From Acidobacteriota bacterium (GTDB lineage Bacteria; Acidobacteriota; CAIWXX01): a stretch of 64,000 nucleotides of DNA. The stretch's first letter is position 1, and each line of letters starts with the position of its first letter. The stretch lies in NCBI GenBank assembly GCA_040755995.1, contig JBFMAF010000020.1, positions 96,001-160,000 of the forward strand. Reading direction: 5' to 3'. A program made the translations under genes and the position numbers. This document shows, in pieces, positions 45,367 to 54,322 of the stretch. The notes beneath the pieces are model-generated. The model worked only from the letters and a program-made list of their open reading frames with translations, was not told the origin of the DNA and did no database searches.

Positions 45367-47280
45367 ATGTCAGGAGGTTCCATCATGATTCGAAGTTACA
45401 CGGACAACGCCCCGGCCTCACCGGGACGGTCTCGCGTCGGGCGGCGGATGAATCCCAGGACGGCGCCTGTCGCTTCAGGGAGAACGCTATTGGCACGCAG
45501 GCAGACCATATGGCTGCGAAAGACGACCGCGGGCCTGGCCGCATGCGCGGCGATGCTCCTGCTGGGAGCTGCCGCTCACAGAGGAATACTCGCAGGAGGC
45601 GCGGAGGCGAGTGGGGTCCCAGAAATAGACGACGCCACCGCCGGGATCGCTTGCACCGCCACGGTCCCGAGCATGGGATTGACCGGCTCCCCTGTCCACT
45701 TCCAGGGCGCCGCGACACATGTGTGCGACACGCCTGGATCGCTGCTCCAGGTCGACCCGATCGTCGGCAACCTCCGCTGTGTTCCGGCGGGCACGTTCAC
45801 ACAGGGCTCGCCGGCTGGCGAAGCCTGCCGCTACTCCAGTGAGGCTCAATTCACTCACACCCTGACAAGGGCGATCGCCGTGATGGAGACCGAGGTCACG
45901 CGGCAGATGTGGGCAGACCTGAGGACGGCCCAGCCATTGTTGTTGTTCTCGGATGTGACCGACACAACCTACAGTCCGGACATGGCGTGTCCCGTCCAGA
46001 ACCTGATGTGGCGAGAGTCGTTGGTCTTCGCCAATGTGCTTTCAGTCCAGTCCGGACTCACACGCGGCTACTACATGGATCCGAATTTTGCGACTCCACT
46101 GGACGGAAACAACTACCTCACAGGTACCGTCTACTGCAACTGGGACGCAGGCGGATACCGGCTGCCCAGTGAAGGGGAATGGGAGTACTTCTGCCGGGCA
46201 GGCACGACCGGCGCGTTTTCGGTAGACGAACCGAACTACGGATCCGGCAACTGCCTCGCCTGTCCGCCGACACCGTATCTGAACGGGTTGGATACCGTGG
46301 CGTGGTGGTGTGGGAACGCGTCGAATCGGACTCACCCGGCTGGTCAGAAGACCGCAAATCCATGGAACCTCAGAGATGTCCATGGCAACGTCTACGAATT
46401 CTGTTGGGACATCTATGCCGCCTATCCAACGGGCGCCCGGAGCGACTACCGAGGGCCCGAGATATCGAGCACAACGCGAACCTACCGTGGCGGCAGCTTC
46501 CTGGCTCCCGGCTTCAATAGCCGGTCGGCAATGCGCGACAACATCGATGAGTTGGACCGTCATTACGCCTGGGGCTTCCGCCTCGTGAGAACCATACCGG
46601 TCACCTTCGACTGGAACTTCGGAGACGGCTCCCCGAACTCAAGCCAGCAGAGCCCCACCCATCAGTATTCCACGGACGGCACCTACCACTGGTCTCTCAC
46701 CGCGACGGCGAGCGGGCAGACCTGTACCAAGGATGGATCTATCGAGATATCGAGCAGCTGTATACCCCCGGTCATCACGACCCACCCACAGAGCCAGACC
46801 ATACCCAGCGGACAGTCAGCCAACCTCTCGCTCACTGCCACCGGCACCGTTGTCTCATACCGATGGTACCAGGGAGCTGCGGGCGACACCTCTCATCTCC
46901 TGACGGACGGCCCTTCGAGCACATACACAACAGCTCCATTGACGACCACAACCTCCTTCTGGGTGCAGGCCTACAACACGTGCGGGACTGACAACAGCGA
47001 CGCGGCTACGGTCACAGTGACAGGCGGCGGTCCGGTGATCACGAAGATCAAGAGCAAGACGAGCAAGCCCGGGAGCTCTGCGACGATCTACATCACCGGC
47101 CACAGCACGGACAAGACAGAGCTTGCCGTCTACTTCGGAAACAAGAAAGTCAAGACGATCTCTAAAGTAACGTCCAAGTACATCAAGGTGACGATTCCCA
47201 AGGTGAAGAAAGGAACAGTCGCCGTGCACGTCAAGAGCAACGGAGTCGAATCGAACCGTTTCAACTTCCAGATCAAGTGA
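45367..47280 (+). CDS. Secreted FGE-fold + PKD + Ig-like + IPT/TIG protein (start uncertain)
   Basis: FGE motifs as in 41538; [15 protein letters not shown] (PKD); [17 protein letters not shown] (Ig); C-terminal IPT. True start is probably a downstream ATG (45385 or 45448). Confidence 0.83.
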   Translation: MSGGSIMIRSYTDNAPASPGRSRVGRRMNPRTAPVASGRTLLARRQTIWLRKTTAGLAACAAMLLLGAAAHRGILAGGAEASGVPEIDDATAGIACTATVPSMGLTGSPVHFQGAATHVCDTPGSLLQVDPIVGNLRCVPAGTFTQGSPAGEACRYSSEAQFTHTLTRAIAVMETEVTRQMWADLRTAQPLLLFSDVTDTTYSPDMACPVQNLMWRESLVFANVLSVQSGLTRGYYMDPNFATPLDGNNYLTGTVYCNWDAGGYRLPSEGEWEYFCRAGTTGAFSVDEPNYGSGNCLACPPTPYLNGLDTVAWWCGNASNRTHPAGQKTANPWNLRDVHGNVYEFCWDIYAAYPTGARSDYRGPEISSTTRTYRGGSFLAPGFNSRSAMRDNIDELDRHYAWGFRLVRTIPVTFDWNFGDGSPNSSQQSPTHQYSTDGTYHWSLTATASGQTCTKDGSIEISSSCIPPVITTHPQSQTIPSGQSANLSLTATGTVVSYRWYQGAAGDTSHLLTDGPSSTYTTAPLTTTTSFWVQAYNTCGTDNSDAATVTVTGGGPVITKIKSKTSKPGSSATIYITGHSTDKTELAVYFGNKKVKTISKVTSKYIKVTIPKVKKGTVAVHVKSNGVESNRFNFQIK

Positions 47281-47332
47281 ACAGGGTCAGAGACACAGGT
47301 CACACCCAGGGAGTTGCAGCCACGGGTTTCAC

Positions 47333-47575
47333 GGGCTCTGCCTCTGGCCGATCTACCGGCTGATGGGCCGCGACTACGAGGCCGCCGTCATCTCGGCCGG
47401 CTTCTGCGGATTCATGCTGGGCACCACCGCCAACTCGATGGCGAACATGGAAACACTGGTCGAGCGCTACGGGCCGGCACCGAAGGCGTTTCTTGTGGTG
47501 CCGATGGTCGGGGCTTTCTTCATCGATTTCACCTACGCGCTCATCATCACTGCGTTTCTCAACTTCTGGCGCTGA
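47333..47575 (+). pseudogene. gltS: C-terminal remnant of sodium/glutamate symporter
   Basis: YRLMGRDYEAAVISAGFCGFMLGTTANSMANM..RYGPAPKAFLVVPMVGAFFID matches the GltS C-terminus; only ~80 codons are present and there is no room for the rest after the upstream gene. Confidence 0.8.
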
Positions 47576-47956
47576 GCGAGCCGGAAGCAGATCATTCTCG
47601 CCCGGGCGTCTCATCACGATTGACCGATCTTGCGGGTTTCGGGCATGGCTGTCGCGTTCGTGTGCGAGAGTGTGCATGGACCTAGAGGCCCCCATCGGGA
47701 ACGCATTCGACCCGGCTGCTGTCCGACCCGCCAGTCGCGTCAACTGGCCGGTGTGTCCCGGCGAGGCGCTGCTCGCACCAAGGCGCGAGCCCCTGATCTG
47801 GGCGAGCGATAGTCTCTTGTGCAGTGTGAGGCTGTGTGGAGGAAGCAGGTCTCGCTGGGGTTCTGTGGGTTGAACCGATGTGGAAGGAAACGAGGGTGGA
47901 CGCGGCTCCGCTTGGACCCCGGTCCACTTCGAGGTACCGGAGAGGAGGTTCGGCAG

Positions 47957-48937
47957 ATGCGATACAATGACATCTCACAGCTTTGGGCTCATCGTCTGGG
48001 CGGGGTAAGAGACCACCTTTTCACTGCGGGGCTGACACTGCGCCGGGTGGCGGCCTACGCAGTCTGTGTCGTCTCCGCTATGCTCGGCCCGCACGGATTC
48101 GCTCACGGCCAGGATAAGCCGGCAGGCACGTTCGCGGATCTGCTCGACCTGGCCACTCAGTATGCCACCTCGTATGAGGAAGCCCTTTCGTCGGTCGTCG
48201 CAGAAGAATCATACGAGCAGCGGGTATACGCAACGGCGCGTCCAATCCAGTCGGGGCTCTCACTCGCGGCCCCCACAGCGATGCCACAATCCAAGTTGAT
48301 CTCCAAGCGTCTCCTGCGATCTGACTACTTGCTGGTCAAGGTGGAAGCTGTGGACGGCTGGGTGCCATTCCGTGACATATACGAGGTCGACGGGGAGCCC
48401 GTGCGGGAGCGGGATGACCGACTGGTGAAGCTGTTCCTGGAGTCGCCGGCCACGGCGCTCGAGCAGTCCAGCCGCATCATGTCTGAGAATGCCAGGTTCA
48501 ATGCAGGCGGGGTCACGCGGAACCTGAATCTCCCGACACTGGTGCTCACGTTTCTGACCCGTGAGCGCAGGCCACGGTTCACGTTTGCTCTGGCGGGAAG
48601 CGAGAGAGTCGGCGGGGTCTCGGCGGTGCGCATCAAGTACACTGAGACAGCCCGCCCGCCCATCATAAGTGGAGGCCCGGACGGCGATCTCGTCTCCAAC
48701 GGCACGATCTGGGTGGATCCCTCCTGCGGCCGTGTCCTGCGCACAGAACTGCTGTTGAAGAGCACCGCGGTCAAGGCCAAGATCACAGTAGCGTACGGGC
48801 CTGACACGAAAGCCAACATATGGGTCCCTGTGCGAATGACGGAGAAGTACGAAAGTGCGCAGCAGACCATCGAAGGGGAAGCGAGCTACTCCAATTTCCG
48901 CCGCTTCCAGGTCGAGACCACTCCGTCTATCGAGTAA
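47957..48937 (+). CDS. Exported hypothetical protein (LolA/MucB-like beta-sheet family often found next to acidobacterial VWA genes)
   Basis: Hydrophobic leader, VVAEESYEQ, RLLRSDYLLV, PFRDIYEVDG, WVDP..GRVLRTEL, WVPVRMTE, ASYSNFRRF. Start uncertain. Confidence 0.65.
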   Translation: MRYNDISQLWAHRLGGVRDHLFTAGLTLRRVAAYAVCVVSAMLGPHGFAHGQDKPAGTFADLLDLATQYATSYEEALSSVVAEESYEQRVYATARPIQSGLSLAAPTAMPQSKLISKRLLRSDYLLVKVEAVDGWVPFRDIYEVDGEPVRERDDRLVKLFLESPATALEQSSRIMSENARFNAGGVTRNLNLPTLVLTFLTRERRPRFTFALAGSERVGGVSAVRIKYTETARPPIISGGPDGDLVSNGTIWVDPSCGRVLRTELLLKSTAVKAKITVAYGPDTKANIWVPVRMTEKYESAQQTIEGEASYSNFRRFQVETTPSIE

Positions 48938-49019
48938 GACCGTGTCCTGCTCCGACCCCCAGAGGCTCTGCTATGCCATCAGTAACGCACCCTGGGCTGG
49001 ATCTCGTGGAGGTAGAGGA

Positions 49020-51245
49020 ATGAGGCGAATCACCGGGGCTTTGCTCGTTACGCTCGCGATATCTGGGTTGCCGCTCGTCTCCAACGCTGAAGAGGTTTCT
49101 GAAAAGGCGGGTGTGACGCTTGTGGAAGTACCGGTGTACGCCACCGACCGCGATGGGAAGCCGGTCGTCGATCTTCGGATGGACGAGTTCGTCGTGGAAG
49201 AGGACGGGAAGCCGCAGGAGGTCCTGTTCGTGCAGAGGATCGTCGCCGGCCAACCCGCCGATGAGGCGGCCTCGAGGGACGCCGGGGATGCGTCTGCGCT
49301 GCCTCCGGAGGGCGGCGCACTGGCCGTTCAGCGGCATTTCGTGCTGGTGTTCGACCTCACCTTCAACACACTGGAGGGGCTTGGCAGAGCACGCCAATCC
49401 GCCTGGCGTTTCGTCACCGAGAAGCTTGCGCCGGACGAGAAGGTTGCGGTGTTCTCCATCTCCCGAACAAAGGGCCTTCGGATGTGCTCGAACTTCACCA
49501 GCGATCGCGGGAGGCTCGCCGAAGCCATCGCCGACCTTGTCGGCACGGGTGCCGACGGCATGTTGGAACGGTCCGCAGGGCTGGTGGAAAGACCGGTCTC
49601 CGGCATTGACCTGGCTGATGCCAGGATGCCCGGCCTCGGCGCGGCTCCTGCCTCGACCGACGGGCTGGAGGTCATGCTGGCCAACCTGCCCCCACAGATC
49701 GCAGACAACATTCAGCACGTCCAGCGCTTTGACAGATTCGCGCTGAGGACCGCCGTGCTGGACTACCTCGAGACCCTGCGCAATCTCGCCCTTTCACTCA
49801 ATGTGCTGCCGGGCCGCAAGATCGTGATCCTGTTCTCGACCGGCTTCGACGCCGGCAAGGCCTTCTTCAACGAGGAGGATGCTCTCAGCGGAATGGGGAC
49901 AAACTACAGCGAGACGATGGACACGACGGCCAGGATCGTCGACAGCGCGAGCCTCGATCAGGCCAAGGCGGTCATGGGCTACTTCTCGACTTCGGATTGC
50001 CGCCTCTTCGCGGTCGATGCTGCCCCGACCGCGGGCTTCAGCGTCGATGGAGGGTCCACGGTCGCGCACCAGCAGGCCACGGCTCAACGCGCCAGCCAGG
50101 ACTCGCTCGCGATACTCGCCTCCGAGGCCGGCGGACGGTTCTTCAAGGCCGCCTCGGCGCCCGACCGGACGCTCGGTGTGATCGAGGAGGAAACACGGCA
50201 GTATTATCTGCTGGCGTATACACCGCCCGCCGGGGAGGAGAAGGGTGCGTACCACGACATCCGCGTCAAGGTGTCACGGCCTGGATTGACCATCGTCAAC
50301 CGCAAGGGCTACTACGACAGGAAGCCCTTCAACGCGTACTCGCCTCTAGAGAAGGACCTGCAGGTCGCCGAGATACTTCACAACAACCGCGAGCTGACAC
50401 ATATCGAGCTTTCCAGCCTGCCGCTCGGATTCCCGGCCCGGCCCCCGACTGCGGTCGGACTGACGCAGGTGTTGCTCCACCTCTTCCTCCCCGGCCCCCC
50501 GAACAGTCGGGTGCTCGGACGCGACACCGAAGCTTTCGTCTTTGCGTCGGACGCCGACGGAAAGATCGTCGACTTCTTCCGGTCCAAATGGCAGATCGCC
50601 AACGAGGAGCAGATGGAGCGGGCTCGGCGAGCTGGCATGAGCTGTACAGAGCAGCTCTTCCTGCGCCCGGGCAGCTACACGCTCAAAGTAGTGGTGCGGA
50701 ATGTCGAGACAGGTGCTGCTGGATCACGAAATCTCCAGATCGTCGTTCCGGACTTCAACAGGGCGACACTCTTCATGGCAACCCCGTCCTTCTTGTCATC
50801 AGGGTCTGGCAGTCTAGCGATTTCGTCACTCTTCTCGCAGAAACCGGCTTCGCAGGGCGAGAGCACGAATTCCAGCTATCCTCTCACCCTCGCGGGAAAG
50901 ACCTACGTTCCCGCCATTGCTCCCGAAATGGCGCCCCAGCAGGAGATACCCGTGTTCCTGAAACTCTACAACGTGCACCTGGATCCGAAGACGAGCAAAC
51001 CCCATCTCCAACTGCGGTGGCTTATCGAGAGCCTGAACGGTACGGCCCAGCAACAGGCGGACTGCCGGCCCGATCGACACAGCATCTCCCCTGACGGCTC
51101 GGCCGACTTCCTCTTCCTCTTCAAGCCGCCCCAGCTCGATCCGGGCGACCATCTTCTCCGAGTCATGGTGGAAGACTCGGTCAGCGGTGAAAGCGCGAGC
51201 GGGGCACTGTACTTCCAGACGGGCGGGCCCAGTCAGGGACGATAG
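49020..51245 (+). CDS. VWFA-related acidobacterial domain protein
   Basis: Signal peptide, LVEVPVYATDRDGKPVVDL..EDGKPQE, FVLVFD, PGRKIVILFSTG, LASEAGG, YYLLAYTP..YHDIRVKV..RKGYY. Confidence 0.85.
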   Translation: MRRITGALLVTLAISGLPLVSNAEEVSEKAGVTLVEVPVYATDRDGKPVVDLRMDEFVVEEDGKPQEVLFVQRIVAGQPADEAASRDAGDASALPPEGGALAVQRHFVLVFDLTFNTLEGLGRARQSAWRFVTEKLAPDEKVAVFSISRTKGLRMCSNFTSDRGRLAEAIADLVGTGADGMLERSAGLVERPVSGIDLADARMPGLGAAPASTDGLEVMLANLPPQIADNIQHVQRFDRFALRTAVLDYLETLRNLALSLNVLPGRKIVILFSTGFDAGKAFFNEEDALSGMGTNYSETMDTTARIVDSASLDQAKAVMGYFSTSDCRLFAVDAAPTAGFSVDGGSTVAHQQATAQRASQDSLAILASEAGGRFFKAASAPDRTLGVIEEETRQYYLLAYTPPAGEEKGAYHDIRVKVSRPGLTIVNRKGYYDRKPFNAYSPLEKDLQVAEILHNNRELTHIELSSLPLGFPARPPTAVGLTQVLLHLFLPGPPNSRVLGRDTEAFVFASDADGKIVDFFRSKWQIANEEQMERARRAGMSCTEQLFLRPGSYTLKVVVRNVETGAAGSRNLQIVVPDFNRATLFMATPSFLSSGSGSLAISSLFSQKPASQGESTNSSYPLTLAGKTYVPAIAPEMAPQQEIPVFLKLYNVHLDPKTSKPHLQLRWLIESLNGTAQQQADCRPDRHSISPDGSADFLFLFKPPQLDPGDHLLRVMVEDSVSGESASGALYFQTGGPSQGR

Positions 51246-51400
51246 CCGTGTGAGCCCGTTGCGGCGGCTGCAGGCGCATACGTTGGCGGAGATGATGCGG
51301 CGGGCACGACTCCCATCCCACCGTTGTGCTCAGGTTCGCCCCCCAGGTTCGGAGCGCCTGAACACGGTGACAGTTCTCGCGAGGTCTTCGCAAGAACCAT

Positions 51401-51925
51401 GTGGCATCGACGAATCACCGCGACAAGGGGATGGCCGGCAACGTCGGAGTACTTGCCAACTCGATCTACAAGGACAAGAAGATTATCCTCTGGGCCCACA
51501 ATTTCCACATCTCGCGCAATGCCGCGGACACGCTTGAATACGAGGGAATCGTGAACATGGGCCGCTGGCTGTCAGAGAAGTTCCAGTCCCAGCTCTACGT
51601 GCTAGGCCTATTCATGTATCAAGGAACGGCCGCGTGGAACAACAGGAGCGTATACACGCTCACCGATCCGCTGCCGAACAGTACCGAAGCCATCCTCTCC
51701 GAGAGCCTGCAGGAATACTGTTTCGTCGACATGCTCGGCCAAGAGAATACAGCCGGCACGTCATGGATGTTCCAGGCAATCCCGTATAAGGAATGGGGAT
51801 GGGGGAATTATGTCATGACGCCGCGGAACCAATACGACGGTCTTCTCTTCATCAGGAATGTCAATCCGCCGACGTACTTGCCCCGAGGAGCAGCGCGCCT
51901 TTGCGCTGCGCAATCCGGACACTGA
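51401..51925 (+). pseudogene. C-terminal fragment of an erythromycin-esterase-family protein
   Basis: RDKGMAGNV..KIILWAHNFHI..NMGRWL..YVLG..QYDGLLFI. In-frame TGA at 51368, and the N-terminal LGE.xHG region is absent. Confidence 0.7.
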
Positions 51926-54182
51926 GCTCGGCGGAGTATGCGAGGTAGCGATCAGCTTCCAGGAGTGTCGTCCTCTTCAGTAACTCGCAATCGAACTGCA
52001 GCGGTCCTTCGAACGCCGGCTTGCCGTTCACGATGACCCGAACCGGGGCGCTGGGCTTTGCGAGGAGTTCGGGACGAAGCAGCAGCCGCATCGCCTGCAC
52101 GTTCCGCGCTGTCACGACGATCGTGTTGTCCTCGCGGATCTCCCCCGAGACGTTAGCGACTCCCTGGCCCTTCTCCTCAATCCGGACCCAGTAGTGCCGC
52201 GGAAACGCCAGGGTCCCAAGCTCGAACTCGATCCGCCGCGGGAACGGGTCGCGCACGTGCTTCCGCAGGAACGGGAAGAAGAGCTCGCCGTCGCCTTCAA
52301 TGCTGATGTCATGCCCGCGCCCCTCTAAGATGCGCATCTCCACGGGAGCGAAGCGGCGTAGCTGCCGCAGCCGGTCAACCGTCTGGCGTGTGGCCCTGCA
52401 ATCGATGGTAGTGTCGCGCTCCCCGTGGATGAACAGCAGAGGCACGTTGTCGGTGTTTCCTGCCGCAGGCGGCGCACCCCAAGGGACGAACACACCGGCT
52501 CCCTCTAGCGAGACGGCGGCGGCCAGCCGCTGAGGCATCTGCGTGGCAAGCGCGAAGGCGCCCGTCCCCCCGTTGCTCCATCCAACTGCGCACACACGAT
52601 TCGGATCGATCCTGACAAGCCCTTCAACCTCCTTGACCAGGTTCTCAACCATGGCGCCGGTCCATTCCTCCCACCACGACTCCCGAGCCTGCGGGAAGAG
52701 GACGACATAGCCGGTCCGACTGATGATGTTGAGAAACGCAACCAGGCCCATTCGAGCGCGCCCCGGCCCGCCGCTCATGCAGATCACCAGCGGGAAAGGC
52801 GCGTCTCCGCGGTAGTCCGCCGGGATGTGCAAGATGTACGGCCATCCCTGGTAGCCCGGGGAGGCCATCGGCCGAAGGGTCGTCCCGGGGACAATCCGAG
52901 CGGTCCCTCCTGCCATGCCTCCAGATTGATCACCGCCCAGGCACTGCTCCACTGCCGATGTCGCAACTCCTTCGGCCCGAGACTGCTCCGGAAGGGGGAC
53001 GCGCGAGAGAAGCTCGTAACGCCGCAACACATCCGGAGGAGTGCCGAGCGACCCACGTTGCTCCACGGAGAGGCGGCCCCGAGCCCACTGGAGAACTGCC
53101 TCTCCCATGAACGGGTCGATGTCCTTGATCGAAAGCTCGATGATAGCGCGCGCGTCGTCCTTCGGCACGGTCTCGAGCATCCGCACGGCGAGGCGCCGGA
53201 CGAGCGGATCCGGGCTTCGCGCCAAGGCCACGAGCTGCGTGGTCGCAGGAGGCCCGAACCTGCGGGCGTATGCAAGCGAGAGCACAGCTTGTTGTGTGGG
53301 GATGTCGCCGGAGTCGAGCAGAGGGTAGAGCGCGGCCGGTGTGGCCGGAAGAGCGTCTTCGAGCATGCACGATTCCAGCACAGCGATGCGCGTGTCGGCG
53401 CGGGCAAGCCATGTCTGCGGGTCTTCCCCGCGCGTCCGTTCAAGGAGTTCCGCGGTCCACTTCTCCGACACTCGCGCATGCGGCACCGGATACGCTCCCG
53501 TGTACTCCAGCCGCTGCAGCAACCCGCTGGACGGGCAGTGCCAGTAGACCAGGCTCACGCCCGCGAGTGGACCCGTGCCTTCGACCCTGATGCAATCAGC
53601 GTCGCCAATTCTCTCGCGACCCACCCACCGGAAGGTCAAATCCAGTGAGCTCACCCCCTTCCAGCTGCTGCCCTCATTGACCGGCACGTTAGGTAGCCCT
53701 TCGATCTCGTGCAGGCATGGGAGGAATTCACTGGTGACTTCGCGGATCGCCGCCCACGCCAGAGCCGGCCACCCGTGCGCGTCGACCCGGTTCACCTCGG
53801 CCCTCGGCACCAACCTCGGTCCCAAGCTTTCGGCGTACTGTGTGCGCTCACTCTCCGTCAGGTCCACCCCCTCTTCGGTGTACTGTACAAGCTCCGATCT
53901 GATGTCGCCCCGCTGAACCGCCACAAGGGAATGGCTGTCCGAGGCCGATACCACCAGAACGTGGGCGGTGCACTGTGTGAGTGTCACATACTCGAAGTCC
54001 GAGTCCGTCCCGTGTGAGGTGCGCTCGGTGCGTTCGCGATAGACGAAATGATCTCCCGCACGCAAGTCATAACGCATCTCGACGCCGTTGTCCTCGGCGA
54101 CGAGCGAGCTGCACATGCTGATGAATAGGCCCGTCAACGCGATTGTCGCCACGCGAATGCAGGATGGGGTTCGCGATCTCAT
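51861..54182 (-). CDS. Secreted multidomain alpha/beta hydrolase (esterase/PHB-depolymerase-like) with HEAT-like repeats
   Basis: Signal peptide, beta-rich N-domain, DPLVRRLAVRML (HEAT), YILHIP..PLVI, IDPNRV..GWSNGG, IHGERD, GRGH. Confidence 0.78.
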   Translation of the reverse strand: MRSRTPSCIRVATIALTGLFISMCSSLVAEDNGVEMRYDLRAGDHFVYRERTERTSHGTDSDFEYVTLTQCTAHVLVVSASDSHSLVAVQRGDIRSELVQYTEEGVDLTESERTQYAESLGPRLVPRAEVNRVDAHGWPALAWAAIREVTSEFLPCLHEIEGLPNVPVNEGSSWKGVSSLDLTFRWVGRERIGDADCIRVEGTGPLAGVSLVYWHCPSSGLLQRLEYTGAYPVPHARVSEKWTAELLERTRGEDPQTWLARADTRIAVLESCMLEDALPATPAALYPLLDSGDIPTQQAVLSLAYARRFGPPATTQLVALARSPDPLVRRLAVRMLETVPKDDARAIIELSIKDIDPFMGEAVLQWARGRLSVEQRGSLGTPPDVLRRYELLSRVPLPEQSRAEGVATSAVEQCLGGDQSGGMAGGTARIVPGTTLRPMASPGYQGWPYILHIPADYRGDAPFPLVICMSGGPGRARMGLVAFLNIISRTGYVVLFPQARESWWEEWTGAMVENLVKEVEGLVRIDPNRVCAVGWSNGGTGAFALATQMPQRLAAAVSLEGAGVFVPWGAPPAAGNTDNVPLLFIHGERDTTIDCRATRQTVDRLRQLRRFAPVEMRILEGRGHDISIEGDGELFFPFLRKHVRDPFPRRIEFELGTLAFPRHYWVRIEEKGQGVANVSGEIREDNTIVVTARNVQAMRLLLRPELLAKPSAPVRVIVNGKPAFEGPLQFDCELLKRTTLLEADRYLAYSAELSVRIAQRKGALLLGASTSAD

Positions 54183-54322
54183 GACCAGCCAAACCTCGAC
54201 ACCGCCACTATACCACGACCATCCGAGGGTGCTCGTTCAGCCTGGTGCGAACGGGATTCATGTGGTGACGAAGCGGCCCAGCCTGCGCCGGGCCGGGGCG
54301 AATCGGGGCAGCGACAAGCGGC

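Noticed and set aside
36900..47280. A complete diversity-generating retroelement
   Set aside because: FGE-fold candidate targets exist, but no reverse transcriptase, Avd or adenine-variant template repeat is visible in the window.
47576..47956. Possible ncRNA or IS end in the intergenic gap
   Set aside because: Only a short GTGGAC/GTCCAC hairpin is present; no terminal inverted repeats, target duplication or recognisable RNA family.
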